Shown here one piece after another: positions 37,187-47,941 of a DNA stretch of 64,000 nt. How positions within the stretch are numbered: the stretch's first letter is position 1; each line of letters starts with the position of its first letter. The notes beneath the pieces were generated by a model. The model had not been told where the DNA came from. It searched no databases and saw nothing but the letters and a program-made list of their open reading frames with translations. Made by a program: the position numbers and the translations under genes. Where the stretch lies: the IMG/VR virus record IMGVR_UViG_3300032224_000970, positions 1 through 64,000 of that record, one strand, 5' to 3'. This DNA comes from a virus.

Positions 37187-40100
37187 ATGTCTAAAAGATA
37201 TACAGGTAATTTTATTAGTGGAACTCCGCAAGTTCCTACGTTATCGTCAAATAATGGTATTTTTGATACTAATGATGTCTACACAGCTGTAAGTAATGGT
37301 ACTTGGCAAGAGCCAGATGGTGTTTATGAGATTGGTAAATCACTAAGATTTAGAGCAGCATCAACTACATATTTTAATCGAACTCCTTCAACTGCTTCTA
37401 ATCGTACTACCTGGACATGGAGTGGTTGGGTCAAAAGAGGTTCTGCTGGTGGACCGAATGTATTTACTTTGTTTTTTGCTGAAAGTGGTGGAAATACAAA
37501 CGCTAGAATTGAATATTTGGCGTCTGGTCAATTTAGATGGTTTTATCAGGTTAGTGGTGTAGATACTGCAGGTACAACATCAAATGCTCTCTATCGAGAT
37601 TATTCTGCTTGGTATCATGTTGTTTATGTGTATGACTCAACTCAAGCGAATGCAGGAAACAGGCAAACACTTTATGTAAATGGAGTAATTGCGACAAATG
37701 CATCAGTTATAGCCCCTGCACAAAATACTGCAACTTCAATTAACAACACAGTCACTCATTGGCTTGGAAGAAATAACTCTCCTGAATATTTTGATGGTTA
37801 CATGGCTGAAGTCAACTTTGTTGATGGTCAAGCACTAGATCCTTCATACTTCGGTTACTTCGACCCAGTTACAAATATCTGGCAACCAAAGAAATATACT
37901 GGTGCTTATGGAATTAATGGCTTCTATTTACCATTCAGCGAGAATTTCTCCACAACAAATCTTGGTAGAAATTTTGCTGGATCAAATCATTTCACATATT
38001 CTCAAGCTGGTACTGATGCTAGTTATGTCTATAATAATGCAAGTGGAACTGCAAACTTTACAACTGCGCCAGATGGTACATCTACAGCAACTAAACTAAC
38101 AATTGATAGTTCTAATACATCTCATCGTTTTTATAAACAATATACAGTATTAACAAGTGGTGCAGTTGCGGTAGTTTCAGCATATGTTAAAGCACTTCCA
38201 GGAAGTGCATATAATGTTGTTGCACTTGAAAACTGGACTGGATCTGCTGGTGGACAAGCATATTTTAACTTGACTACTGGACAACCACAGTATGCTGCTG
38301 CGTGGCCAGCAGGATCTGGATTCCAATATGTTGGTGATGGATGGTATAGAATTTGGACAACTTTTGCAAATGCAACAAGTAATGGTAGTGGTACTCCATC
38401 TATTGGTATTTACATGGTAGATAATTCCAATGGTCTAACATATACAGGTAATGGTACTGCAGGATTTTATTTCTGGGGTGTTCAAGTAAATCTTGGAACA
38501 ACACCAGACAATTATATCGCAACAACTTCAACAGCATCAATTAATAATTTTACTCCAAATAACTTCTCTGTAACTGCTGGTACAACATATGACTCAGTAA
38601 CAGACTCTCCAACCAACGTATTTCTCGGAAATGTAACAGATACTGGTGGTGTGATTCCAGGAAACTATCCAACATTTAATCCTTTAGATATAGATTATGG
38701 TGGTGGTACTGCTCCATCATTTTCAAATGGTAACTTAACAACATCGTTTGCTAGTAGTGGTTATACTTACGTACAAACAACATTCTCAAAGGCTAACGTA
38801 GCATTTGCTAGTAATTATCTTATTGATAATATTGGTTTTGAATTTTATGTAAATGCAATCGGTGCATACAGTTATGGTGTTTCGGTACAGCTTTGTGGAA
38901 AAGAAGTTAGAACTGATGGCTTTCCATACACCACAACAACTTTTACAACAGGAGACTATATTCAGTGTACGTATAGTGCCGCAAGTAATGGTACAGTAAG
39001 ATTTTATAAAAATGGCACATTAATGACCAATGGAACATTTACTAGCTGTGGTGATTTTCTAATGCCTAGAATTGTAATGCAGGGTAGTGGTGCTTCTGTT
39101 TCTATGAATGCTGGTCAACAGCCATGGAAATATCCAACTCCATTTGTTGGATTTAGAGGAATATGTACTACAACTTTACAGGCATATGGAACATCGCTTG
39201 TTGGTAAACCCGCAATTCAACCAAATAAATGGTTTGATACTGTTCTTTATGGTGGTACTGGACAAGCAAGAACAATTACAAATCCTGGAGGTTTTGTTCC
39301 AGATTTAGTTTGGACAAAATCAAGAAGTAATACTTACAGTTATAACATAACAGACTCTGTTCGTGGTGCTGGTATCAGATCTTATTCTGATGGTACTGCT
39401 GTAGAAGCAGCTATTCCTAATGGTGGTGTTACTTCCTTTAATACAATATCTAATAATGGATATGACATTAATGGTGGTGTTGAGGTTAATGAACTTGGTA
39501 AAACTTATGTTTCATGGCAGTGGAAACAATCACCAACAGCTGGATTTAATATTATCACTTATACTGGTGATGGTACTTCTAATAGAGCAATTTCTCATAA
39601 CCTTGGAGTAACTCCAGGTTTTCAAATAGTTAAGGCTAGATCTGGTGGTAATGCTGGTTCTTCGCAATGGATAATTCATCATCAGAGTCAGGCTACTGGA
39701 TATACACATTATTTTAATTCTGGTCTTCCTGCTGACAGTGGAACATATCAATGGGGAACAAGTGCTGCAACCAGTTCTAACTTTTATGTTGGGTGGTACG
39801 CTGGCGCAACAGGTTCAAATGAAAATGGTACTTTATATGTAGCTTACTTGTGGGCAGAAGTTCCAGGATTCAGTAGGTTTGGTTCTTATGCTGGAAATAC
39901 TTCTGCAGATGGTCCATTTATGTATTGTGGATTTAGACCAAGATGGATTACTATACGATCAACTACTGCGGCAAGAGAATGGAATGTATGGGATACAGCT
40001 AGAGGACCATATAATATTAATAATGCTGGACAACTTAATCTTGGTGATGCTCATGCTGAATATACTACTACTGGTTATAACGATGTTGTTGACTTCCTGT

Positions 40101-40213
40101 CAAATGGGTTTAAATTGAGAAGTGCAGGATCCCCAAACTATAATCAGGGTGAAACATATCTTTGGGCTGCATTTGCCGAGTCACCATTCGTCCTAAATAA
40201 TAGAGCAAGATAA
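37187..40213 (+). CDS. receptor-binding fibre protein (LamG/ConA-like, SPRY-like and C-terminal domains)
   Basis: SLRF..TWTWSGWVKR, DYSAWYH, FVDGQAL, PDLVWTKSR, AFAESPF. Confidence 0.8.
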   Translation: MSKRYTGNFISGTPQVPTLSSNNGIFDTNDVYTAVSNGTWQEPDGVYEIGKSLRFRAASTTYFNRTPSTASNRTTWTWSGWVKRGSAGGPNVFTLFFAESGGNTNARIEYLASGQFRWFYQVSGVDTAGTTSNALYRDYSAWYHVVYVYDSTQANAGNRQTLYVNGVIATNASVIAPAQNTATSINNTVTHWLGRNNSPEYFDGYMAEVNFVDGQALDPSYFGYFDPVTNIWQPKKYTGAYGINGFYLPFSENFSTTNLGRNFAGSNHFTYSQAGTDASYVYNNASGTANFTTAPDGTSTATKLTIDSSNTSHRFYKQYTVLTSGAVAVVSAYVKALPGSAYNVVALENWTGSAGGQAYFNLTTGQPQYAAAWPAGSGFQYVGDGWYRIWTTFANATSNGSGTPSIGIYMVDNSNGLTYTGNGTAGFYFWGVQVNLGTTPDNYIATTSTASINNFTPNNFSVTAGTTYDSVTDSPTNVFLGNVTDTGGVIPGNYPTFNPLDIDYGGGTAPSFSNGNLTTSFASSGYTYVQTTFSKANVAFASNYLIDNIGFEFYVNAIGAYSYGVSVQLCGKEVRTDGFPYTTTTFTTGDYIQCTYSAASNGTVRFYKNGTLMTNGTFTSCGDFLMPRIVMQGSGASVSMNAGQQPWKYPTPFVGFRGICTTTLQAYGTSLVGKPAIQPNKWFDTVLYGGTGQARTITNPGGFVPDLVWTKSRSNTYSYNITDSVRGAGIRSYSDGTAVEAAIPNGGVTSFNTISNNGYDINGGVEVNELGKTYVSWQWKQSPTAGFNIITYTGDGTSNRAISHNLGVTPGFQIVKARSGGNAGSSQWIIHHQSQATGYTHYFNSGLPADSGTYQWGTSAATSSNFYVGWYAGATGSNENGTLYVAYLWAEVPGFSRFGSYAGNTSADGPFMYCGFRPRWITIRSTTAAREWNVWDTARGPYNINNAGQLNLGDAHAEYTTTGYNDVVDFLSNGFKLRSAGSPNYNQGETYLWAAFAESPFVLNNRAR

Positions 40214-40224
40214 AGAGAAAAGAA

Positions 40225-40770
40225 ATGACAACTTACTACTTAAATGGAACTGCACTTCAAGAAGGTGCTAACTTTATAATGAATGGGATGAGTTATCCAT
40301 ACTCATGGTTGGAAAACACTTCACCATCTGTTCGTGCTTCTCTTGGTATTGAAAAAGATGGCGATGTTAATTTTGACCCTAAGTATTACTGGGGTGTGAA
40401 TAATCCAAAATCTCTTGAAGATGTAGAAGAAGTAGATGCGGATGGTAATCCAGCATATGTAAAGGTATTTGATGCATCTGTCGGTGAATTTGGTTCTATG
40501 ATTGATTCTGATAAACGTATGGTTACAAAAGGTCTAAAGACTGCATGCACTTCTGAAGTTAAATCAACCGTAAACAACCTACTATCTCCAACTGACTATT
40601 ATGTTGTTCGCAACAGTGTTGAAGATTTAAAAATCCCAGAAAGTATTTCAGAATATCGTGCTGCAGTTATTGCAGAACAAAATAGAGTAGTTCCTGCGAT
40701 TGCTGCAACTACTACCGTAGAAGAACTAATTGAAGTTATGAATTCTATTACATGGCCAAGAGCAGAATAA
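40225..40770 (+). CDS. tail fibre assembly chaperone-like protein
   Basis: LLSPTDYYVVR..YRAAV..WP; paralogue of 46662. Confidence 0.65.
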   Translation: MTTYYLNGTALQEGANFIMNGMSYPYSWLENTSPSVRASLGIEKDGDVNFDPKYYWGVNNPKSLEDVEEVDADGNPAYVKVFDASVGEFGSMIDSDKRMVTKGLKTACTSEVKSTVNNLLSPTDYYVVRNSVEDLKIPESISEYRAAVIAEQNRVVPAIAATTTVEELIEVMNSITWPRAE

Positions 40771-40781
40771 AAGGTAAATAA

Positions 40782-42386
40782 ATGACTCGTCGTTATACTG
40801 GTGGATTTTTATCCTCAACAGAACAAGCAACTGATGCTAACTCAGCGAATGGTATTTTTACTCTGTCAGAAGCAGCAGAGAAAACTGCACTCGGTAGTTT
40901 TCCAACAGGTCGTTACAGTACAGGAAGATCTCTAAGATTTAGACGTAGTGCTGGTGGTTATCTAAGTCGCACACCAACAACTAATGGAAGTGGATCTACA
41001 CTTACTTGGGCTGGTTGGGTTAAAAGAGGTATTATTGGCGGTAGCGATTATAATGTTTTATATTCAGCTGGTTCTGGAGACGGTACTCTTAGTGCTTTGT
41101 ATTTTGGAACAGATGATAAATTAAATTGGTTAAGTTATAATGGTAGTTATCAATGGCAATTAATTTCAACTGCAGTTTTTAGAGATCCCTCTGCTTGGTA
41201 TCATATTGTTGCAGTACTTGATACTACACAAGCATCATCAACCAATAGAATTAAGATATATGTAAATAATGTTCAAATAACTTCTTTTGGAACATCTACA
41301 TATCCATCACAAAGTTATGCAAGCCCATTCTATAACCAAACATCTTATGCTCAATTTATAGGTCGTTGGGGTACTTGGAATGGTTCGCACATATATGATG
41401 GTTATCTCTCTGATGTTTATCTTATTGATGGACAGGCATTAACTCCTTCTTCGTTCGGACAAACTGATGCTGCAACAAACGTATGGATTCCAAAACGCTA
41501 CACTGGTACATATGGAACCAATGGTTTTAATCTACCATTCACTGTAGATACAACTTTTAGTGCAGACTTTTTAGTAGTTGCTGGTGGTGGCGGTGGTGGT
41601 TCTAATCGAGGTGGTGGTGGCGGTGCAGGTGGTTTCAGGACTTCCGCTGGAACAAGTGGAGCTAATTCTTCTGCTGAAACTGCTTTAACTTTATCTACAG
41701 GAACTACTTATACTGTAACTGTTGGTGGTGGCGGTGGATCAGCAACCAATGGTAGCAACTCTGTACTTGGAAGTATTACTTCTACTGGTGGTGGTCGAGG
41801 TGAAGGTGCTTCTTCTGGTTCTGGCTCTACTGGTGGTTCTGGTGGTGGTGGATCTGGTGATGCTGGAATTGGCTCGGCAGGAACTTCTGCTCAAGGTTTT
41901 AGTGGTGGTACTGGTGCCGACACTGGTTCAGGTCGTGCAGCTGGTGGTGGCGGTGGAGCTAGTGCTGTTGGTAGTAATGCAGTAGGAACAGTAGCAGGTA
42001 ATGGTGGTAATGGTCTTGCTACAACAATTACAGGTTCCTCAGTAACATACTCTGCTGGTGGCGGTGGTGGTTATTTAAACAACGGAACTGCTGGTACTGC
42101 AGGATCTGGTGGATCATCTGGTCTTGGAGGTGCAGGTGCTTCAGGTGGATCTGGAGGTACAGGTGGATCTGCTTCATCAAATACTGGTAGCGGTGGTGGT
42201 GGGGCTGCTGCAGTTGCTTCAGGTGGATCTGGAGGTTCTGGTATTGTTATTATTAAAATTCCATCATCAAGAAATGCATATTTTAGTTCTGGTGTAACCT
42301 CTACATTATCAACATCAGTTGCTGGATATAAAATCTATACTGTAACTGCTACATCTACAACATCTGAAACGGTAACATTCGCATGA
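40782..42386 (+). CDS. fibre protein: LamG-like domain plus Gly-rich domain
   Basis: N-half paralogous to 37187; VVAGGGGGG Gly-rich C-half. Confidence 0.75.
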   Translation: MTRRYTGGFLSSTEQATDANSANGIFTLSEAAEKTALGSFPTGRYSTGRSLRFRRSAGGYLSRTPTTNGSGSTLTWAGWVKRGIIGGSDYNVLYSAGSGDGTLSALYFGTDDKLNWLSYNGSYQWQLISTAVFRDPSAWYHIVAVLDTTQASSTNRIKIYVNNVQITSFGTSTYPSQSYASPFYNQTSYAQFIGRWGTWNGSHIYDGYLSDVYLIDGQALTPSSFGQTDAATNVWIPKRYTGTYGTNGFNLPFTVDTTFSADFLVVAGGGGGGSNRGGGGGAGGFRTSAGTSGANSSAETALTLSTGTTYTVTVGGGGGSATNGSNSVLGSITSTGGGRGEGASSGSGSTGGSGGGGSGDAGIGSAGTSAQGFSGGTGADTGSGRAAGGGGGASAVGSNAVGTVAGNGGNGLATTITGSSVTYSAGGGGGYLNNGTAGTAGSGGSSGLGGAGASGGSGGTGGSASSNTGSGGGGAAAVASGGSGGSGIVIIKIPSSRNAYFSSGVTSTLSTSVAGYKIYTVTATSTTSETVTFA

Positions 42387-42739
42387 GTCACTTTGCTAAA
42401 TTAGATAAAAATAATATTGTTGTCTTTGTAACTGTTGGTAGACAGGAAGACGATGGTAAGGAAGCAGAATTAACTGCTCGTACAGGAGATGTTTACAAAC
42501 AAACATCTTACAATACACAGGGTGGTGTTCATCTATTAGGTGGAACACCATTTAGAAAAAATTACGCAGGAATTGGATACACTTACGACGAAGAACGTGA
42601 TGCATTCATACCATCGAAAGAATTTAACTCTTGGGTTTTAAATGAAGAAACCTGCTTATGGGAAGCACCAACTGCCATGCCACTAGACGGAAAATTATAT
42701 GATTGGGATGAATCTCAACAGAAATGGGTGGAGGCTTAA
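42383..42739 (+). CDS. small partner/chaperone of Gly-rich fibre domain
   Basis: MSHFAKLD, QTSYNT, RKNYAGIGYTYD..DAFIP, SWVLNE. Confidence 0.7.
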   Translation: MSHFAKLDKNNIVVFVTVGRQEDDGKEAELTARTGDVYKQTSYNTQGGVHLLGGTPFRKNYAGIGYTYDEERDAFIPSKEFNSWVLNEETCLWEAPTAMPLDGKLYDWDESQQKWVEA

Positions 42740-45700
42740 ATGGCAATTTATGTTGGCTCAGACGCATCAAGTAGCGGAAACAATTGGCTTGCAACTAATA
42801 TTAGCACAACAGCAGGAATTACTAATGACTTGTTAGTTGACGTTCCTGGTATTGCATCAGTAACATCACAACCAGATGTTGGTGGTGTACAGCGTGGTAA
42901 CTACTGCACTCTTAGTGTGGTTGATTTTGATACTGCTGCTCCAACTGGTGGAGGTCTAATTTTAACCAATGGTTTTTCCAGAGGAACAATGGCTATTCCT
43001 TCTACTGGTAAATGGTATTGGGAAGTATATTTTTCAGCAGTAAGTAATGCAGGTTTAGGTCTTTCCCCATCAACATCTAGAGTTAGTGATGCTAACGGTA
43101 GTGGCGGATTCTGGGGATATATTTATACTGGTAACAAATATGAAGCAGGAAGTGCTAGTGGATATGGATCTACTTTTACTGCTGGTGATACCATTGCGGT
43201 TGCAGTAGATGCTGATGCAGGTACAGTTACTTACTATAAAAATAATGTAAGCCAAGGTATTGCACACCGATTAGATTTTAAAAATATACAGTGGTTACCT
43301 ACTTGCAGACCAATTACTTCTAGTACTGGGTATATAAATTTTGGTCAACGTGCATATACATATACTCCACCAGCTGGATATAAATCTCTTTGCACAACTA
43401 ACTTACCAAACCCAGTTATCAAACTTCCATCAGATCACTTTGATGTAAAGACATATACTGGTAATGGTACACAGTTAATGGTTGGTGTTAACCCAAAACA
43501 GTTACAAACAGCTTCGATTAATAAATCTCTAAGATTTAAATCAAATCTTAAAACATATTTAACCAGAACACCTTCAAGTGCTTCTAATCGTCAGACATGG
43601 ACTTGGAGTGGTTGGGTAAAAAGAGGTCTCTCAAACACTCGTATGACACTCATGGGTGGATATACAGGAACAACAAATGGTAGTTTAAGAACTGAAGTAA
43701 TTATTTTGGATGGCGGTGCTTTCCAAATGTATACAGACCAGATACAAACTGCCACCGACTTCTCTGTAGTTACAAATCAAATTTTCAAAGATACATCTTC
43801 TTGGTATCACTTTGTTGCAGTTCTTGATACTACACAATCATCTTCAGTAAATAGAGTTAAGCTGTATGTAAATGGAGTTCAGATATCTTCGTTTTCTAGT
43901 GCATCATATCCATCACAAAACTATCAGAGTGGTATTAATTACAATAATATTCAATATATTAATAGGTATTATGATACATCTGGTGGCAATTATTATGGCG
44001 ATGGTTATCTTGCTGATGTCAACTTTATTGATGGTCAAGCATTAACACCATCTAGTTTTGGTCAATTTGATGCCAACAATAACTGGGCACCAAAAACATA
44101 TACTGGTACATATGGTACAAATGGATATAAACTAGATTTTAATGATACACGTAGTCCAACTACTGCTGCTTATGATGTTTCTGGTAACAGCAATCATTGG
44201 ACACCATTAATTGAAACAGCACTTGCTTCTGCTGGGTGGAATACTGCTCCAACTGCAGCAAATGCACCTAACGTACTTTACTACGGAACTCCAGGAACTT
44301 ATACTTGGACAGCACCTGCTGGCGTAACATCTGTCACTTACCTAGTTGTAGGTGGTGGCGGTGGCGGTGGTGATGGTGTTCCAACAAGAACAACTGGTGC
44401 AGGTGGCGGTGCAGGTGGTTATTTAACTGGCACATTATCTGTAACACCATCAACTTCGTATACTGTAACTGTTGGTGCAGGTGGTCTTCCAGGCACTTCT
44501 CCTACGAATGGTGGTAACTCTGTATTTGCATCTATTACTGCACTTGGTGGTGGTTATGGTGCGTATGGTGGTAATAATGGTGCAACAGGTGGTACTGGTG
44601 GATCTGGTGGTGGAACTTCTGGTCCATATAGTGGTGGTACAACTAATGGTGGACTAGGAACTGCTGGACAAGGTAATAATGGTGGTGTTGCATCACAATT
44701 TTCTTGCTCTGGTGGCGGTGGTGCTGGGCAGGTTGGAGGTAACTCTTCTCCAGGTGCTTATGGTGGTAATGGTTTAGCAAATACTATCACTGGTGTTTCA
44801 GTATACTATGCTGGCGGTGGTGGTGGATCAATTGGTGGTCTCGGTGGTGGAGGTAGACAAGCAGACAATCCTTCTAGCGGAACTGCAGCACGTCCAGGAA
44901 CTGATGGTCTCGGTGGTGGCGGTGGCGGTGGTTCAAACCCAACTACTGCTGCAGCGAGAGGTGGTTCTGGTGTAGTTATTCTTTCTTACACTAATGCTGG
45001 TTCATATGTTGGTGCTGGTGTAGGTTCTTCTATTAATAATGATAGTTCGATGGATGTTCCTGCGAACAGTGTAGATTCTCTTGGTAACAGTATTGGTAAT
45101 TTTGCTATTTGGTCAACAAGCAACCAAACTGCATCTTACAATACAACTGCAACAATATCTGAGGGAGGATTATTAGCAACTGGTGGTGCAATTAATAATT
45201 CTTGGAATGCTATTGGGAGTTTAACTATCCCAACAACTGGTAAGTGGTATTGGGAAGTTGAATGTTCCCCTACAGCTTATGGTAATGGATATACTGGAAT
45301 TACTGGTAAAAATATTTCAAAGAATACTGGTTGGAGGATTGGTACTGGTGTTCTATTAAATGATGGAACCACAGCATATACATATACATCGTACAATACA
45401 ACTTCAGCGAATAGAGTTGGTATTGCATATGATGCAGATGCAGGCAAGATGTGGTTTACAGATATCTCTGGTGCATGGTTAAACAGTAAGACTCCAGGCG
45501 TAGATACAACTGGTTTAGTTTCTGGTATTATTAAAGATGACTATGTTCCATTCTGGAGTTATAACTCTGGCGCTGAGATTAACTTATATGTACGTGCTAA
45601 TTTTGGCCAGTCACCATTTGCTTATACTCAACCGACTGGATTTAAATCTCTTAACACTAAGAACTTAAATGATGTTGGTGTTTCTAACCTACCAGATAAC

Positions 45701-46627
45701 TACGGTAACTACGTTAATTCTCCAGATTTAGTATGGATTAAGTCTAGATCTGGTGCTTATGATCACCAACTTGCAGATACAATTCGTGGACCAAGATTAG
45801 GATTAAAGGCTAATTCTCAGGCTGTTCAATCAGCTGAAGCCAATGGCGTTCAAACTTTTATGCCTAATGGATTCATTGTTAACTCGGCACAAGATTTCAA
45901 TAACTCTGGTTCAACATATGTTACTTGGAATTGGAATCGTGGTAAGATTCCAGGATTTGATATTGTAAATTACGGTGGTAATATTACAAACTATCTACCA
46001 TTAACTATTCCACATAACTTAGGTGCACCACCTGCATTTATGATGGTTAAAGCCATGACTGATAGTACTGCTGGTAATAGAAACTGGAACTGCTATCATA
46101 AGGGACTTGGTCCAGGATATACAACATATATATCCTTAGTATCTTCAGCAGCAAACACTGACATTTGGGCAAATATTGTACCCGATTCTAAGAATTTTTA
46201 TATCGGTGGGGCTGCTAATGCACAGGAAATTAACTATACTGGTGGTTCTTATATTGCTTATCTGTGGGCAGAGGTTCCAGGATTTAGTAGAATGGGATTA
46301 TATACTGGTAATGGTGGAACAAGTAATTTTATATACTGTGGGTTTAGACCAAGATTTGTTATGGTAAAAGCCACTGGTACTGCAAACTCTACTAATAATA
46401 GTACAGAGTGGACTATTTGGGATACTGCCAGAAATATATTAAATCCAACTTTACAAGAACTATATCCAAATCGCGCATTTGCTGAAGCAACAGATGGTTC
46501 AGGTATTGATATTCTTTCAAATGGATTTAATTTGAAGAGAAACTCTGAATATGCAAACTGGTCTGGTACCAACTATATATTTGTTGCTTTTGCTGAGGCA
46601 CCATTTAAGTATGCCAATGCTCGATAA
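42740..46627 (+). CDS. multidomain fibre protein (SPRY, LamG, Gly-rich, SPRY and C-terminal domains)
   Basis: GKWYWEV twice, TWTWSGWVKR, Gly-rich block, PDLVWIKSR, FAEAPFKYANAR. Confidence 0.8.
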   Translation: MAIYVGSDASSSGNNWLATNISTTAGITNDLLVDVPGIASVTSQPDVGGVQRGNYCTLSVVDFDTAAPTGGGLILTNGFSRGTMAIPSTGKWYWEVYFSAVSNAGLGLSPSTSRVSDANGSGGFWGYIYTGNKYEAGSASGYGSTFTAGDTIAVAVDADAGTVTYYKNNVSQGIAHRLDFKNIQWLPTCRPITSSTGYINFGQRAYTYTPPAGYKSLCTTNLPNPVIKLPSDHFDVKTYTGNGTQLMVGVNPKQLQTASINKSLRFKSNLKTYLTRTPSSASNRQTWTWSGWVKRGLSNTRMTLMGGYTGTTNGSLRTEVIILDGGAFQMYTDQIQTATDFSVVTNQIFKDTSSWYHFVAVLDTTQSSSVNRVKLYVNGVQISSFSSASYPSQNYQSGINYNNIQYINRYYDTSGGNYYGDGYLADVNFIDGQALTPSSFGQFDANNNWAPKTYTGTYGTNGYKLDFNDTRSPTTAAYDVSGNSNHWTPLIETALASAGWNTAPTAANAPNVLYYGTPGTYTWTAPAGVTSVTYLVVGGGGGGGDGVPTRTTGAGGGAGGYLTGTLSVTPSTSYTVTVGAGGLPGTSPTNGGNSVFASITALGGGYGAYGGNNGATGGTGGSGGGTSGPYSGGTTNGGLGTAGQGNNGGVASQFSCSGGGGAGQVGGNSSPGAYGGNGLANTITGVSVYYAGGGGGSIGGLGGGGRQADNPSSGTAARPGTDGLGGGGGGGSNPTTAAARGGSGVVILSYTNAGSYVGAGVGSSINNDSSMDVPANSVDSLGNSIGNFAIWSTSNQTASYNTTATISEGGLLATGGAINNSWNAIGSLTIPTTGKWYWEVECSPTAYGNGYTGITGKNISKNTGWRIGTGVLLNDGTTAYTYTSYNTTSANRVGIAYDADAGKMWFTDISGAWLNSKTPGVDTTGLVSGIIKDDYVPFWSYNSGAEINLYVRANFGQSPFAYTQPTGFKSLNTKNLNDVGVSNLPDNYGNYVNSPDLVWIKSRSGAYDHQLADTIRGPRLGLKANSQAVQSAEANGVQTFMPNGFIVNSAQDFNNSGSTYVTWNWNRGKIPGFDIVNYGGNITNYLPLTIPHNLGAPPAFMMVKAMTDSTAGNRNWNCYHKGLGPGYTTYISLVSSAANTDIWANIVPDSKNFYIGGAANAQEINYTGGSYIAYLWAEVPGFSRMGLYTGNGGTSNFIYCGFRPRFVMVKATGTANSTNNSTEWTIWDTARNILNPTLQELYPNRAFAEATDGSGIDILSNGFNLKRNSEYANWSGTNYIFVAFAEAPFKYANAR

Positions 46628-46661
46628 CTAAATAATAGAATTCTTTAAGAGGAAATAACAA

Positions 46662-47207
46662 ATGTTCGCTTTAGTAAAAACTGTAAAAAATATGAGCAAT
46701 CAAGATACTCAGGTTATTAGCCTGTTTGCTCCATACACAATCTGGGAAGATAAACATGGCGTACAACATAGTCCAGAAACTTTGTTGTCAATGACAGCTG
46801 ACCAGAAACAGGATGCTGGTATCTATGATGTGGCTTATGCTACTCGCCCAGATGATCGTTTCTATAATGTTTCAGAAGAATCTACATCTTTTGATCAAAC
46901 TGAAAAGATTGTCAAAGTAACTTATACATCAGAGCCAAAACAATTGGATGATATTGATGATGTAAAAGGATTGAAGACGCAGTGGACTAATCAAATTAGT
47001 TCTATCGCAAATTTAATGTTGGCTCAAACTGACTGGATGCTAGTCCGTAAAATTGAACGTAATGTAGATGTTCCAGCAGAAACTACTGCTTATCGTGCAG
47101 CTATTGTTGCTGAGTGTAATCGTATAGTTACTGCCATTGGAAAAGTCAAAACTGTTCCAAAACTTATCGAAGCCATCGAATCTGCTAATTGGCCATCTGC
47201 AGAATAA
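46662..47207 (+). CDS. tail fibre assembly chaperone-like protein
   Basis: MLAQTDWMLVRKIE..YRAAI..WP. Confidence 0.65.
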   Translation: MFALVKTVKNMSNQDTQVISLFAPYTIWEDKHGVQHSPETLLSMTADQKQDAGIYDVAYATRPDDRFYNVSEESTSFDQTEKIVKVTYTSEPKQLDDIDDVKGLKTQWTNQISSIANLMLAQTDWMLVRKIERNVDVPAETTAYRAAIVAECNRIVTAIGKVKTVPKLIEAIESANWPSAE

Positions 47208-47225
47208 TAAATCGTTGCTCGAACG

Positions 47226-47256
47226 AGACCCCACCGAGCGTGGGGTTTTTGTTTTT
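47226..47256 (+). terminator. intrinsic terminator
   Basis: AGACCCCAC-CGAGC-GTGGGGTTTTTGTTTTT. Confidence 0.85.
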
Positions 47257-47312
47257 ATCTTTGCAATTGCAGTTTAGAAAACGATAAATAAGAAGTAGAA
47301 TGGGAGATTTCA

Positions 47313-47651
47313 GTGGCATCCGTATCGAATTTATACATTGATCAGGGTTCAACCTACAGTAACATTATTACTGTAGCTTCCAGCACAGGCACAGCTTTAA
47401 ATTTAACTGGATATACCGTGGCTTCTCAGATGAGAAAGTCGTATGGTTCTTCCACATTTTATACATTTACTGCAAGCGTTTATGACGCTGTAACAGGTAA
47501 GGTTAGATTACAACTAACATCGACACAAACTTCTGCGATTCCAGCTGGTAGATATCTTTATGATATAGAAATCACAAATACATCTACAACTGCAAAAACA
47601 AGAATCTTGGAAGGTATTGTTGTCGTAACCCCAGAAATAACGCAGACATAA
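47313..47651 (+). CDS. virion protein (BppU-like/Ig-like)
   Basis: NLYIDQG, LNLTGY..SQMRKSY, GRYLYDIEI, RILEG.V.VTP. Confidence 0.75.
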   Translation: MASVSNLYIDQGSTYSNIITVASSTGTALNLTGYTVASQMRKSYGSSTFYTFTASVYDAVTGKVRLQLTSTQTSAIPAGRYLYDIEITNTSTTAKTRILEGIVVVTPEITQT

Positions 47652-47654
47652 AAT

Positions 47655-47927
47655 ATGGCAGAAATAATTGCAATCGTAGATGACCCATCTCTTACAGCGA
47701 TAACTGTAACCACAGGTACAGGAAGTACATTGTCTGATGGTGGTATGGCAGTTATAACTGGGAGTACATTATCTAACCCCCAAACTGTTGAATCAATTTC
47801 ATCGATTGGTAATGTAGACACTACTACATTAGAAAATGGTGCGGTTCTAGTTTATAAAACAACAACAAATAAATGGACTTCTACAACTACGCTAGATGCG
47901 CAGAATATGGAAGCTGGCGAATTTTAA
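47655..47927 (+). CDS. small structural protein
   Basis: NGAVLVY..KW; ends AGEF. Confidence 0.65.
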   Translation: MAEIIAIVDDPSLTAITVTTGTGSTLSDGGMAVITGSTLSNPQTVESISSIGNVDTTTLENGAVLVYKTTTNKWTSTTTLDAQNMEAGEF

Positions 47928-47941
47928 CGGAGAAATAAAAG

